A stretch of DNA of 64,000 bases from Theionarchaea archaeon (GCA_018992685.1 JACVGT010000003.1:156585-220584); one strand, 5' to 3'. Positions 1 to 10,999 are shown, counted from the first letter of the stretch. The notes: a model not told the origin generated them from the sequence alone. Numbers and translations: made by a program.

Positions 1-446
1 CTAGGAAGTATATAACACTTATCGTGTACATATATGCATATATAGCTTCGATAGCGCAAGGACTGATTCTTGACGGAAGAGGAATGACGTTCTCCAAAAC
101 CCATTATACTCTCAGATCAGGATGCTCGTCCTAGACAAGGAGAGGAGTAACGTATGTCATGGCAACGACATACTCTGAACCTCGACCATGCCAGACACCA
201 ACGTGTATGAGCTGACAGGATCCTTTTCTGGGCAGGAATCGAGACCGGGTCATGGGCCGGGACTTCAACCAAAAGGGTGGTGAGTTGATGATTTTCTTTT
301 TAATTCTCCCAAAACATCATTCTGCGGATTTTCAGGACCATGTGGCACAGGCAAGGCAACTACCACCACACTGACCCCAGAATTGATGCATCCTTCAACA
401 TTTCCAAATAGAAAAGCATATAAACTTCTGTGATACAAAAAAAGAG

Positions 447-2351
447 ATGATGCTCAAAAAGAGAGTCTGGATTGCCTTTCTTGTAGTGGTTCTCATTCTA
501 TCTTTGATTCCTGTCTATGGAGACCCTGCTGAACCAAGAAACGACATTAGCACAGCAGATACCAGAGTCTTCGATCTCATAAATAAGCTTGACTGGGGCT
601 ACGGCAAGAATGGAGAACATCGCCAGAGTCTGCTGATGGCTGGCCATCTCCTCTGGATGGCATATCAAGATGAAAACTGGGATGACAAGGACCCTCAGAA
701 ACCCAAGGGACCTCTGGAAAAGGCCTTCATTCTGGGCGCAATAGATGATGCCTTGGAAGCGTTGAACCGATTCTCAAAAGACAGTCAGGGAAAGCCGCGG
801 CGTCTCGATGCTGATGATGGTGTAAACACCGCGTTCCACCAGTGGGTGGCTGAAATCATTGAAAGGCTGGAAAGCGCCAAGAAAGAACTGGAAAAAAACT
901 TCTATGGGACTCCTCAGCACCTGAAGGATGCTCTCAAGGGACTTGTGGACATCTGGTCAGGGAAATCAGAAGCTTCCAGCAGTGCAAAGAAGGCAGGCGA
1001 GGACGCGCAGGAAAACCTCTGTCAGTGGGATGCAAACCCACAGCCCTCACCTGGAACTACTCCCACTCCTCCGTGGACACCGCCCAAAAAAGACGGAAAG
1101 CCGGTGCCAACTAGGGTAGGTGGAGATGAGGTACCGGTACCAAAACGCAGGCTGCACCTGGATCTTCAGAAACTTCTCATTGAGATCTTCAAGAAGAACG
1201 AGAGGAATATCAGGAACCTCCCCAAGTGGCTCGAACGAAATCCGACTAACATGAAAGACCATGCTGGCACTGTAGCAGATGAAGCCCTCAAGCTGCTGAA
1301 GATTCTCAGGGCAATTGCCCGATTATTGGATGTCCCCTTGAAACCCATCGCATTGTACAAGAATGTTTACGTGTACACAGACCCTCAAGGAGGATGGGGT
1401 CGGTTTCCAGGAGGGACGCCCGTGTCAACAGGATCGGCTGGCGCAGATATTGAGACAGTCATTGTGGATTCAAGAGGACCGGATTTATCTGTGTACTTTG
1501 CAATGAACGGGACTGTAGAGGAAAAAGACGGAAAGGAAATCAGTTTGCTCATTGATCGAGATTCTGATTCCAGTACTGGCTCTAGTGAAGCCATCTATGG
1601 CGGACTGGGGATAGACACATCCGTGGGATTGTACTGTTCAGCCTCCTCTCCTGCTCAGTGGAACCTGCAAGTGTGGGAGATAACAAACGGGGAATGGGTC
1701 ATGATTGAGGAACTGGATTCCTCTCTGTGGGACATATCAGACAATGTGGTGGAGTTCACTGTACCTGATTTTGAGGAAATGCTGGGAATCGAGACGCACT
1801 TTTTCAGCTGGATAGCAATGGCCTATGAGGACGGTAATGTAGATATGGGCCCGGATGAACCAGTTATATCCTTTTCTCAGGTGTTGCCTGAAGCTTTCAG
1901 CGTGCTGGCTCAGGGAGCAGACTATGATCTCAATCAGGATTTCGCCAGGTACTTCTCTGAGTATACTACAGATACTGATGCTGTATTCAAGGTTCACCTG
2001 GGAGGTTCTGCCATACACGAAGGGTTGTGGAGGAAGTACGGTGCCTTCTTCATGAAGGACGAGGGAGGACATTATTCCAGAATAGTCTACGAAGAGGAGG
2101 AGTACCAAGGTGCATGGGGAGAGGTAGACTACTGCATTCTGGTCTTTGAGGTGACCCGAGAGGGCATAGCAGTGAACGTTGCAGGTATTACCCGTTATGG
2201 AACGAGGGGTGGACTGCAGTGGTTAATGGAACACTGGGACGTTGTGACGCCATCTGAGGAGGCCCCGTTGGTGTTGATCTTGGAGTGGGCTGACGAAAAC
2301 CACAATGGGTCAGTAGATTCTGAGGAAACAGTGGAGATCAAAGTGATCTAA
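447..2351 (+). CDS. Secreted/surface protein with helical N-domain, Pro-rich linker and S-layer-type C-terminal domain
   Basis: N-terminal signal peptide (MMLKKRVWIAFLVVVLILSLIPVYG). Linker PQPSPGTTPTPPWTPP. C-terminal VNVAGITRYGTRGGLQWL...W.DENHNGSVD resembles archaeal S-layer-associated C-terminal domains. Confidence 0.6.
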   Translation: MMLKKRVWIAFLVVVLILSLIPVYGDPAEPRNDISTADTRVFDLINKLDWGYGKNGEHRQSLLMAGHLLWMAYQDENWDDKDPQKPKGPLEKAFILGAIDDALEALNRFSKDSQGKPRRLDADDGVNTAFHQWVAEIIERLESAKKELEKNFYGTPQHLKDALKGLVDIWSGKSEASSSAKKAGEDAQENLCQWDANPQPSPGTTPTPPWTPPKKDGKPVPTRVGGDEVPVPKRRLHLDLQKLLIEIFKKNERNIRNLPKWLERNPTNMKDHAGTVADEALKLLKILRAIARLLDVPLKPIALYKNVYVYTDPQGGWGRFPGGTPVSTGSAGADIETVIVDSRGPDLSVYFAMNGTVEEKDGKEISLLIDRDSDSSTGSSEAIYGGLGIDTSVGLYCSASSPAQWNLQVWEITNGEWVMIEELDSSLWDISDNVVEFTVPDFEEMLGIETHFFSWIAMAYEDGNVDMGPDEPVISFSQVLPEAFSVLAQGADYDLNQDFARYFSEYTTDTDAVFKVHLGGSAIHEGLWRKYGAFFMKDEGGHYSRIVYEEEEYQGAWGEVDYCILVFEVTREGIAVNVAGITRYGTRGGLQWLMEHWDVVTPSEEAPLVLILEWADENHNGSVDSEETVEIKVI

Positions 2352-2492
2352 CCTGGCGATGTACAGTGGAATGGGAGGAGACCTGCACCACCAAAGGTGA
2401 ACAGAAAGTATGGAGTGTTCTGTTTCATCCCCCCCTTGTGGAAATCCTTAAAACATACAGGCCACCAGGAGTTATCAAGAGATGAAGATCCA

Positions 2493-3470
2493 ATGCAATC
2501 TGTCATTGAAACTCAATCCCTGACCAAAATCTTCAACCAGAAGACCATAGCAGTTAATGATCTCTATTTAACAGTTCCTGAGAACTCAATCTACGGATTT
2601 CTAGGGCCAAATGGGGCCGGAAAGACCACCACGATCAAGCTGATGCTGGGATTGATTCGTCCATCTGCGGGATCCGTCCGCATGTTTGGTGCCCCAGTGA
2701 GAATGGATTCTTCAGATGTGAGACGGAGAATTGGCTATTTGCCCACACAGCCCGGGTTCCCTGATGCCATGACTCCCATAACCTATCTGGACTTCATTGG
2801 CAAAGTGTTCGGCATTCCCAGACAGGTTCGGATACCACGGATCACGGAATTGATTCGGAGCGTTGATCTGCTGCCTCTGTCTTCTTCAGAAATCAAGAGG
2901 TTCTCCACCGGTGAGATTACTCGAATCGCAATGGCTGCATGCTTGATAAACGATCCAGAACTCCTCATACTGGATGAACCAACGCTGGGACTGGATCCTA
3001 TAGGGCGGGCATCCACGGTCAAACTCATCACAGAGCTGGGAAACAGGGAAGGAAAGACCGTCTTTGTTTCTTCTCACATTCTGGCTGACATCGAACGGTT
3101 CTGTACCCATGTTGGCATCATAAACAGTGGCAAGCTCATATTCAACGGGACTGTTACTGAAGTGAAGAAACTCATCAGAACCAATACGGTGGAATTACAG
3201 GTTGAAGGCAAAACAGAGTCATTTCTTTCAGAATTGGAAGCGATTCCTCATATTACGAATGTACAATCACTCAGGCACGCCATAAGGATTAGCATTGATC
3301 CTCAGTACCACTCTGAGACACTGTTGGACATTTTCAAGATCTTGATTGAGAGGAACCTCGAGTTGGTCTCCCTCAATTTGGGATCCGAAACTCTTGAAGA
3401 AGCATTTCTGGATTTGCTGGAGGAGGAGAAGTCACATGGATTTTTACGAGCAATCTCAAGAAGGGCGTAG
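2493..3470 (+). CDS. ABC transporter ATP-binding protein (ABC-2/drug exporter type)
   Basis: Walker A GPNGAGKTT, signature variant FSTGE, Walker B LILDEPT, H-loop SSH. Start moved to ATG 2493 (MQSVIETQSLTK). Confidence 0.93.
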   Translation: MQSVIETQSLTKIFNQKTIAVNDLYLTVPENSIYGFLGPNGAGKTTTIKLMLGLIRPSAGSVRMFGAPVRMDSSDVRRRIGYLPTQPGFPDAMTPITYLDFIGKVFGIPRQVRIPRITELIRSVDLLPLSSSEIKRFSTGEITRIAMAACLINDPELLILDEPTLGLDPIGRASTVKLITELGNREGKTVFVSSHILADIERFCTHVGIINSGKLIFNGTVTEVKKLIRTNTVELQVEGKTESFLSELEAIPHITNVQSLRHAIRISIDPQYHSETLLDIFKILIERNLELVSLNLGSETLEEAFLDLLEEEKSHGFLRAISRRA

Positions 3471-4194
3471 TATTCGACATCATCTGGAGCGAAATGTCTT
3501 TCTGGTCTTATTCAATCATGAGATACGATCAGGATTCAGGAATCCTCTACAGAGGGGATGGATTGCTGCGATCCTCTTTCTTGGATCACTTCTTACTCTT
3601 GGTAGCAAGAACCTGGAGGCCATCAGTGCGCTACTGGTTCTGTTCATCTTTTTCGGGAGTATTGTCACACTTGTACTTTCCTCATTTTCTATATCAGGGG
3701 AGATAAATAGAATTGCAGACTCTCTGTTAAGCAAATCAGTGAAGCGCTGGGAATATGTACTCTCCAAGACGGTATCACAGGCTGTGATTGTAGCAGTGGT
3801 ATACCTGCTGGGAGTCTTGCTGCAGGTAGGAATCCTGTGGAGACTTAATTTCCTCCCAGAACTCTTGGATTATGGGAACCTATTCTTCTTCATTATGCTT
3901 GTGGGACTTGTTCTGATATTCTTTTCTTCTGCTGGCGTGATGTTTTCTTCCTTGTTTTCGAGAACAGTGCTCTCACTTCTTTCAGGGTTCATTGTGTGGT
4001 TTCTCCTCGTATTTCTCTTCCTGGCCACGGGGTGGAACTTCATGTACTCACCAGTGGAGATTTTTGAGCATTTTCTGCCCATCCTGGAGGGTTCGTGGGA
4101 TGTTGAATTCTGGAAGATAATCCTCTTCTATGCGGGTTCTTCGTGTGTGTTCTCCCTTGTTTCGTTATTGTGGTTCTACCAGAGGGATCTGTGA
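3436..4194 (+). CDS. ABC-2 type permease
   Basis: About six hydrophobic segments and an ISGE...LLSKSVKRWEYVLSK motif. Overlaps the ATPase 3' end. ATG 3436 follows a GGAGGAG RBS. Confidence 0.88.
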   Translation: MDFYEQSQEGRSIRHHLERNVFLVLFNHEIRSGFRNPLQRGWIAAILFLGSLLTLGSKNLEAISALLVLFIFFGSIVTLVLSSFSISGEINRIADSLLSKSVKRWEYVLSKTVSQAVIVAVVYLLGVLLQVGILWRLNFLPELLDYGNLFFFIMLVGLVLIFFSSAGVMFSSLFSRTVLSLLSGFIVWFLLVFLFLATGWNFMYSPVEIFEHFLPILEGSWDVEFWKIILFYAGSSCVFSLVSLLWFYQRDL

Positions 4195-4478
4195 AACCGT
4201 GGATTCTGAACATTGTGGGTGATACACTGAGCATGAAGGATGCAGCTCCCCAGAAATTGACAGAGTGTGGTGATACACACAAGGAATGGTGAAGAGCAGC
4301 GATTGGCGGGCAGCCCCTCCCTCATCGGGTAGGAAGACGAGTGGGTCCCAGCCTGATCTTGAAAGAATTCCTCGGCTCTGCTCTGAAAGAAAAGTATGTT
4401 ACGATTCAGAAGCAGCGAGCCTACTAGAAGAGAAAGCAGAAGATAAGTAGTTGTTCTCTGTTCATTTCAGGCTCAAAT

Positions 4479-5294
4479 TCATCCATGAGCCAGTTCTTTT
4501 GTGCCAACAAAGATTCCATATCCAAAATAGTCAAACACGTTCAATGGTATTTTCGTTGCCTCTATTGTCATCTCTTTGATTACTTTTCTGTAGACAGGGT
4601 CTGTGAAGAACAGCGAGACGAGTCTCCCCCATGGTTTGATTACGTCTTTGAGACTTACCATCTTGAGTTCATTGCTGAACTGGGAGAGATATGCAGTCTT
4701 GCGGGGACTCGCTACAACGACATGTAGTCCGGCTCCTTCTAACAGTGTTTCCCAACCGTCAGGTGACTCTGGCTCAACTCCCATTATTCTGGAGAAGGAC
4801 TTCACAAGACTATCAGGGGGTGGAGTTATCCAGGTAGTCTCATTGATCCCAACAAATCCTCCTGTTTTGACCACACGTCCATACTCACTCATTGCTCTTT
4901 CCTTGTCAGGGACAAATGCGGTGACAGACTCACTCACAACAGCATCGAACTGATTATCTTCAAAAGGGAGATTCATAGCATCTGCCACCTGGACCTCAAC
5001 CGCCTCTTCAACACCTTCCTCTTGTGCTCTTTCCCTCGAACGAATTACCATCTCTTCTCGAATATCCACTGCTGCAACGGTACAACCATAGGTCTTTGCC
5101 ATGAAACATGCTGCACTTCCTACGCCGCATCCAACGTCCAGCACATACGAATCTCTTCCAACATGGCATGATTCAGCCAGATCCTGCGTGGCTTCCAATC
5201 CACCCATGTGGTTTGTAATTCCCAGTAAGGATTGCAGCTCAAAATATGATTTCTTCAGATCTACCTGCTGGCTAAAACCCTTCGTTTTCATCAC
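4479..5294 (-). CDS. Class I SAM-dependent methyltransferase
   Basis: Motif I VLDVGCGVG, plus ADAMNLPFEDNQFDAV and RVVKTGG. Confidence 0.9.
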   Translation of the reverse strand: MMKTKGFSQQVDLKKSYFELQSLLGITNHMGGLEATQDLAESCHVGRDSYVLDVGCGVGSAACFMAKTYGCTVAAVDIREEMVIRSRERAQEEGVEEAVEVQVADAMNLPFEDNQFDAVVSESVTAFVPDKERAMSEYGRVVKTGGFVGINETTWITPPPDSLVKSFSRIMGVEPESPDGWETLLEGAGLHVVVASPRKTAYLSQFSNELKMVSLKDVIKPWGRLVSLFFTDPVYRKVIKEMTIEATKIPLNVFDYFGYGIFVGTKELAHG

Positions 5295-5314
5295 CTTCTG
5301 TATGAGGTTTTAGC

Positions 5315-5381
5315 ATTTAAATCTTTGTTTGAAGAACACATGAATATGTATTCACATATTTCTGACCTGACCTGACCTGAC
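5315..5381 (-). promoter_or_regulatory. TATA box with upstream inverted repeat and (CTGAC)4 microsatellite, upstream of the methyltransferase
   Basis: ATTTAAAT at 5315-5322. AATATGT-attc-ACATATT at 5343-5360. CTGAC x4 at 5362-5381. Confidence 0.4.
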
Positions 5382-5704
5382 TGTCTCCCGTTCTCTATGA
5401 CTCTGGAACGTGCAGGAACGATGATGTTCACTTCCACGACGTGAAATGTAGCTCCATTCAAAGTCTCTTGGAACCGCATGTCAGGTTTGCACTATTTCGT
5501 GCAAACCCAGCGTATTTATCTCTGTACATCATGCTTCTTGTGGAAAGTGAAATGCCTTTCGGCGCAGGGAACAAGGTCTTTCACCGCTTTTCCTCCTTTT
5601 CCTTTTTTTTGGGCTGTCTTCAATCTAGCCGGCATCTGCCTCTCCAGGTGAACCTTCTTATCAGACATCAAAACAGTTATATATACACGTGTAAAGGGTG
5701 ATAT

Positions 5705-6181
5705 ATGTTAAAGAAGAAAGGAGTCAAGATTACGGAGAGACAATACGAATTGGTGAAGATGTTTGAGAAACAGGGTTCAGTCCACAAAGTATGCACAGTT
5801 ACCACCAGCCAGGCAGATCTCTCCAAGAAACTGGGCATTACCAGGCAGGCATTACATACACATCTCAAGAGTCTGAAAGATGAAGGCCTCATCAGAACAG
5901 GGAGAGGATTCATCGATCTCACAGAAAAAGCTCTGGAATTTCTGGAAACCAGAACAGGTGAAGCCTACATCGTCATCAGAACAGACCCTCAGAGAAGAAG
6001 AGAAGTTCTCAACAATGTGTCCCAACTGGAATTTCACAAATTATGCAGGACCACGGGGGATGCAGATATCATTATTACAGTAGAAAGAAAGAATTTGGAC
6101 AACGCTATAGAAGAAATTCAGAAAATGGAAGGAATAAGAGAAGCTACCACCCATATCCTTTTGGAATGCAGATGGGAGTAA
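5705..6181 (+). CDS. Lrp/AsnC-family transcriptional regulator (wHTH + RAM domain)
   Basis: SQADLSKKLGITRQALHTHLKSLKDEGLI HTH. C-terminal TGDADIII...IQKMEGIREATTHI RAM-like domain. Confidence 0.85.
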   Translation: MLKKKGVKITERQYELVKMFEKQGSVHKVCTVTTSQADLSKKLGITRQALHTHLKSLKDEGLIRTGRGFIDLTEKALEFLETRTGEAYIVIRTDPQRRREVLNNVSQLEFHKLCRTTGDADIIITVERKNLDNAIEEIQKMEGIREATTHILLECRWE

Positions 6182-6211
6182 CTCACGGTGCCTTCAGACC
6201 TCTGCGTGTCG

Positions 6212-6805
6212 TCAGGATTTCTTGAGCAATTCCCGTATTCTCTTTCCCATACTCTCACAGGTTTGAACGGCCAGAGGATCTTTCTTCACAAACCGCCATC
6301 CATCATCTTTCTGCAGGCTACCAGCTACAAAGAACCCTTCTGAGACGGGATCTTCACAGGTGCCAAATACCAGCATCCCGTGCCCGAGAGCAAAGTTTAC
6401 GAGACTGGAAGCCACCATTTCCTGACCACCATTTCTCAGTCCCGCGTGGGTAATAACTGCACAGTATTTGTTCTTGAGTCTTGTACTCTGCATTTTCATT
6501 GTTCTGGACCGGTCAATGAAGGTCTTCATCACGGCGGGAACTTGTCCAAAGTAGGAGGGTGCACCCAATATGATGCAGTCCGCCTCAAGCAACGCATGTT
6601 CAATTCTGGTCATGTCATCCTCTTTGGGGCATCTGCGTTCTCTCACACAGAGATCGCAACCATCACAGTTCTGTATCGTGTACTCTGATAGATAGATAAT
6701 GTCAGTTTCAATGGAGGGGTCTTCCACTGCTGAGAGGACCTCCTCTACCAAGAAGGATGTATTCCCTTTCTTTCTGGGACTTCCCACGACACCAACTACT
6801 TTCAT
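6212..6805 (-). CDS. Flavodoxin-fold iron-sulfur flavoprotein / NADPH-dependent FMN reductase family
   Basis: GSPRKKGNT, CDGCDLC..C (ISF Fe-S motif), GAPSYFG, RNGGQE. Confidence 0.9.
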   Translation of the reverse strand: MKVVGVVGSPRKKGNTSFLVEEVLSAVEDPSIETDIIYLSEYTIQNCDGCDLCVRERRCPKEDDMTRIEHALLEADCIILGAPSYFGQVPAVMKTFIDRSRTMKMQSTRLKNKYCAVITHAGLRNGGQEMVASSLVNFALGHGMLVFGTCEDPVSEGFFVAGSLQKDDGWRFVKKDPLAVQTCESMGKRIRELLKKS

Positions 6806-6995
6806 GCAGTATGTGTTCTTCTAATTCTTTTAAATGTGTCGTGTTGCACCTGCAACACTGATGAAAAGAGTCATCGGAGCCCGCCGGGCAGAACAACAAA
6901 ACACTCTTGGAACCAGGGTCGGCACATATCTCTCGGGCTCCTATCTCATCTTATCTTTAGAAACATTTATATGAGGAGACTGCATAGGAGGCCCA

Positions 6996-7244
6996 ATGAA
7001 AATGTGCTGGGAACTCAATGAGGGCTGCGTGTGCAAATGGATGCACCCCTCGGAAGCACCTTGTCCAGCGTTCAGGGATCGAAAAGGATGCTGGGAAATC
7101 GATTGGATTGGTATTATTTCCAACCTGCCCCCCGATAAAAGAGAATACTGGAAGAAATTTATGAAGAAGTGTGCAGGCTGTCCCGTCTATCAAGAACACA
7201 AGGAAGAGAAGGACCAGACATTAGAGAAGGTTGAGTCATTATAG
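6996..7244 (+). CDS. Small Cys-rich protein (two-CW-domain-like)
   Basis: MCWE...CPAF...GCWE...CAGCPVY pattern. GGAGG RBS and a TTTATA box upstream. Confidence 0.7.
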   Translation: MKMCWELNEGCVCKWMHPSEAPCPAFRDRKGCWEIDWIGIISNLPPDKREYWKKFMKKCAGCPVYQEHKEEKDQTLEKVESL

Positions 7245-7431
7245 CAGGCGATGCTGCGGCGAGCGGGGAGAGAATTTTGGAATCGTCTAAAATAGAGGTA
7301 GCGAATTCTTCATGAAAATCGAGGATTGAGTTTTTCATGACTTCCTGGTTTTCTGATCTGCCCACATGTATTAGAGGGACATTCTCATCTGCGACTCTTT
7401 CACGTTAATTCTCCGGCAGATCTCCTCAGAA

Positions 7432-9024
7432 CTACAACATCCCCTTCATGGCCAATTCCTGCCGCAGGTATTTGAACGGCAAACTTCCTGCCCGGAGCAG
7501 AACGTCATGAAATGCTTGTTCCGAATAGGCCTTTCCCAGGTGGTTCTTAACGTCTTCTCGCAGTTCCAAAAGCATGTGCTTACCCAGAAGGTAGCTCAGG
7601 GGATAACCTGGGGTCTGCGTGTATCGCTTGACTTCTGCTTTCGCTGTGCTCAGTGACATTCCTGTCTCTCTCCGTAAGAAGGTCAGGGCCTGATCAAAGG
7701 TCATTGTCCTGCAGTGAAGACTCACATCTATGACAATCCTCACAGCCCGAAAGATAATGTCAACCGTCTGGACGAATTGGATTCTTGGGTCCCCAAGCCC
7801 ATGATATCGCATGATTTCTTCGCAGTAGTGGGCCCATCCTTCAATAAATTCAGGTGCAGTGCTGAGCTGTCGTACAAGAGAAGAATTCCGACTGGCCCAG
7901 ACGGCCTGCAAATGGTGTCCAGGATAGGCCTCATGGACAGACGTATTCACGATGGAGGACTTATCATGTTCGGTGAGAAGGTGATCATCCACAGGAGTGA
8001 CGAAGTAGATTCCCATTTGATCATCTTCGAAGGGTGCGGGGGGGAAATAAGCCGCTGTGGGGACTATGTGTCGCAAAAAGACGGGAGTTTCTTCCACAAC
8101 AAGGCGTTCTCCCCGGGGTAAGGAGGCTATCTGTTCACTGGTTACCAGGTCACGTACTTTCTCGATGGCTTCACCATACTGTCTGAATGCATCCTGGAAG
8201 GTGGAAGGATGGTCATCTCGTATCTGAGTCCTCACCTGCTCAACTGACAGCTGGGGGTCGATCCTGGAAGCCAGTATCTTGAGGTGCTCTTTTTCTTTCA
8301 AGAGGTACTCCTCCCCGAGATGAAGGATTTCATCTGCAGCCATTCCCAGCTCTCTGACCTCGAGCAACCTTTCAAAGAGAGGCCTTCCGAGAGTGGGTTC
8401 TCCTTCACAGAGTAGTTCAGACAGCCATTCCACATAGGAAGATAGAGCCTCAGCTGTCCTCGCAGAAGCTTCATCCAGATCGTCGGTCTCCACACCCTTT
8501 TGTTTCGCAGTGGAAGAGATGACCTGAAAGAAGAGAGGAAGAACAGTACACGATTCAACAGCCATGTCCCGCCATAATGCAGCAGGTGCAGAAATTCGAC
8601 TCTTGATCTCCCTAATGAATAAGGGACACTGCTGTAACCGGGCAGTGATAGACTCCAGCCGAGTTTCAAAAGGCGCGAATTCCCGGGAAAACAAGGGCAC
8701 GATAGCATAACCGATGATTGATGCACAATCAGGATCCCTTTCCCACATGCGAATTTCCTGCTCCTGGAAGAGATATTCTCTGGTAATTGAAATCATCAGG
8801 TCATAGTCAATCTGTTTCTCCCGTGACAGGTCTTTTCTGTCTATCACCTGCATTCTCTCGAGGTGTTCCGAGACTCCTTCAATGAAGACGGAATGAGATT
8901 CTCTGGTTCCAGAAGGCATTTTCTTATCATACTGATGCAGTCCAAATCCAGTGGCAAGGTCAGGCCTGAATTCCATAAGAGAGTAGAAGGCGTCACGTAC
9001 GGCGCTATCGAATTCATCATCCAT
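7432..9024 (-). CDS. DUF885 family predicted zinc metallopeptidase (cytoplasmic, no signal peptide)
   Basis: HEAYPGHHLQ, EGWAHYCE, EVKRYTQTPGYPLSYLLG and FHDVLL motifs. Confidence 0.9.
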   Translation of the reverse strand: MDDEFDSAVRDAFYSLMEFRPDLATGFGLHQYDKKMPSGTRESHSVFIEGVSEHLERMQVIDRKDLSREKQIDYDLMISITREYLFQEQEIRMWERDPDCASIIGYAIVPLFSREFAPFETRLESITARLQQCPLFIREIKSRISAPAALWRDMAVESCTVLPLFFQVISSTAKQKGVETDDLDEASARTAEALSSYVEWLSELLCEGEPTLGRPLFERLLEVRELGMAADEILHLGEEYLLKEKEHLKILASRIDPQLSVEQVRTQIRDDHPSTFQDAFRQYGEAIEKVRDLVTSEQIASLPRGERLVVEETPVFLRHIVPTAAYFPPAPFEDDQMGIYFVTPVDDHLLTEHDKSSIVNTSVHEAYPGHHLQAVWASRNSSLVRQLSTAPEFIEGWAHYCEEIMRYHGLGDPRIQFVQTVDIIFRAVRIVIDVSLHCRTMTFDQALTFLRRETGMSLSTAKAEVKRYTQTPGYPLSYLLGKHMLLELREDVKNHLGKAYSEQAFHDVLLRAGSLPFKYLRQELAMKGML

Positions 9025-9172
9025 AGCTTCCCTGTATTTGACACTATAAAAGTATTTACTTTGGGTTGTTCAGCATTAATTACTGCACAGATCTTGGCAT
9101 CGTAATGCTTATAAGGAACAGAGGCGTAGAATGTCAGCAACGCGTTCTTTGTCTCGTAAAGGAGGAATTGTG

Positions 9173-9529
9173 ATGAAACATACCATATGTCACATTGAAT
9201 GGTCTTCAACAGATCTTGAGAGAACAAAAAAGTTTCTTTCTGGGCTTTTCGAATGGGAATTCGAATATTGGGGAGAGAACTACTTGCTATTCAGCCCACC
9301 TGAGGGTGTGGGGGGAGGAATAGCACAAGTGGAGAACGTCAATCCGGGTGATTCTCCTCTGATTCATGTTGAAGTGGATGAGATCGAGCCATACCTAGAA
9401 AAAGCGAAGCAGCTGGGTGGGTGTGTGGCAGCCCCAAAGACAGAAATTCCTACGGTAGGGTGGTATGCAGTCCTCACCGACCCTGATGGGAATCTGGTAG
9501 GTCTCTTCCAAGGGATAAAGGAAGAATAA
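9173..9529 (+). CDS. VOC/glyoxalase family protein
   Basis: CHIEW..TDLER...F, GGGI, VDEI...LEKA..LGG, GWYAVLTDPDGN. ATG 9173 follows GGAGG. Confidence 0.9.
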   Translation: MKHTICHIEWSSTDLERTKKFLSGLFEWEFEYWGENYLLFSPPEGVGGGIAQVENVNPGDSPLIHVEVDEIEPYLEKAKQLGGCVAAPKTEIPTVGWYAVLTDPDGNLVGLFQGIKEE

Positions 9530-9717
9530 TTCCCTTTTTCTATTTTTACGTCCACAAAATGAGGAAGCAGATTGTTATCTGTGGTGTTTCTCTCTCTGTT
9601 GCAGCATTGTGAATGGTTCTGAAGACTGGTGCTAACTATGGAATGGCGTTCTGACGTGAATGGGACTCCAGGTGTGTCATGAACAATGTTTAAAAAGGGT
9701 GGACCGCACTCTTTCCC

Positions 9718-9936
9718 ATGTGCCTTGCAATTCCTGGCAAAGTCGTAGAGATTTCTGGGTCAGAGGGTACGGTAGATTTTGGCGGTGTCAAACAGAAGGT
9801 ACGAATAGATTTGATACTGGATTTGAAGCCGGGTGACTATGTCATAGTTCATACGGGGTTTGCAATCGAGAAGCTGGACGAAAAGGACGCTCTGGAAACT
9901 CTGGAATTGTGGAAAGAACTTGCAGAATACATGTGA
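9718..9936 (+). CDS. hypC: Hydrogenase maturation chaperone HypC
   Basis: MCLAIPGKV start and GDYVIVHTGFAI. Confidence 0.97.
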   Translation: MCLAIPGKVVEISGSEGTVDFGGVKQKVRIDLILDLKPGDYVIVHTGFAIEKLDEKDALETLELWKELAEYM

Positions 9937-9958
9937 TTTTATGGTAGGAATAGGGTCA

Positions 9959-10999
9959 ATGCTTGACGACATACGTGGCATAGCTTCTTCCCTGCCACAC
10001 ACCAAGATCATGCACGTATGTGGGACCCATGAACAGAGTATCGTCCAGTACGGGCTGCGTTCTTTGCTTCCTGATACGGTGGAGATCATTGCAGGACCCG
10101 GATGCCCGGTGTGTATTACACCCAAATATGACATAGACACTGCAGTGTTTTTGACCAAGAAAGGGATGGTGGTCACCACGTTTGGGGACATGTACAAGGT
10201 TCCGTCCACAGAGTCACTGTCCGATGCGAAGTCCAGGGGGGCAGATATTCGAATTGTGTACAGCATCAGCAATGCAGTGGAGATGGCAAGAAGAAATCCA
10301 GGAAAAGAGATCGTCCATTTTGGGATTGGGTTTGAGACGACAGCACCCACGACAGCACTTGTGGTGAGAGATGCACCGGAGAATTTCTCTGTGCTGTGCT
10401 GCCACCGATTGATACCTCCTGCACTCTTGTTCCTTCTGGGACTGGGTGCTATTGACATTCAGGGGTTCATCAATCCAGGCCATGTTTCTGCAATCATTGG
10501 ATCGAAACCCTACAGGGTGATATCTGAAAAATATAGGATTCCTCAGGTGGTGGCAGGGTTTGAGGCTGAGGATCTTGTGAGGGGTATCCTGATGCTATTG
10601 AACCAGTTACGAGAGGGAAAGGCAGAAGTTGAAAACGAATACACCAGGGTTGTAAAAGAAGAGGGGAACGTGGTAGCCCAGAAGGTCATGGAGGAGGTTT
10701 TCGAGGTAGTGGATGCTGATTGGAGAGCATTGCCCAGGATTCCGGGTTCTGGATATGAGTTATCGGAGAAGTATGAGGAGCAGAACGCGCGACGGAAGTT
10801 CGAGGATTTGCTGGAGGATTTTGTCTTTGAGGATAGCGAGCCCAAGGGATGTCGGTGTGGTGAGGTTCTGCGGGGTCTGGTCTATCCTGAGGAATGTCCT
10901 CTGTTCAGGAAGGTGTGCACTCCTGTGAACCCTGTGGGGCCATGCATGGTATCCAGGGAAGGTTCCTGCAGCATCAAATATCGGTATGGTCGGGAATAG
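9959..10999 (+). CDS. hypD: Hydrogenase maturation protein HypD
   Basis: MHVCGTHE, GPGCPVC, GFETTAP, PGHVS, C-terminal CRCG...CPLF...C...PVGPCMVS.EGSC. Start probably ATG 9959 (or 9941). Confidence 0.97.
   Translation: MLDDIRGIASSLPHTKIMHVCGTHEQSIVQYGLRSLLPDTVEIIAGPGCPVCITPKYDIDTAVFLTKKGMVVTTFGDMYKVPSTESLSDAKSRGADIRIVYSISNAVEMARRNPGKEIVHFGIGFETTAPTTALVVRDAPENFSVLCCHRLIPPALLFLLGLGAIDIQGFINPGHVSAIIGSKPYRVISEKYRIPQVVAGFEAEDLVRGILMLLNQLREGKAEVENEYTRVVKEEGNVVAQKVMEEVFEVVDADWRALPRIPGSGYELSEKYEEQNARRKFEDLLEDFVFEDSEPKGCRCGEVLRGLVYPEECPLFRKVCTPVNPVGPCMVSREGSCSIKYRYGRE

Noticed and set aside
4212-4280. Short direct repeat TGTG(G)GTGATACAC
   Set aside because: Only two imperfect copies and no associated element.
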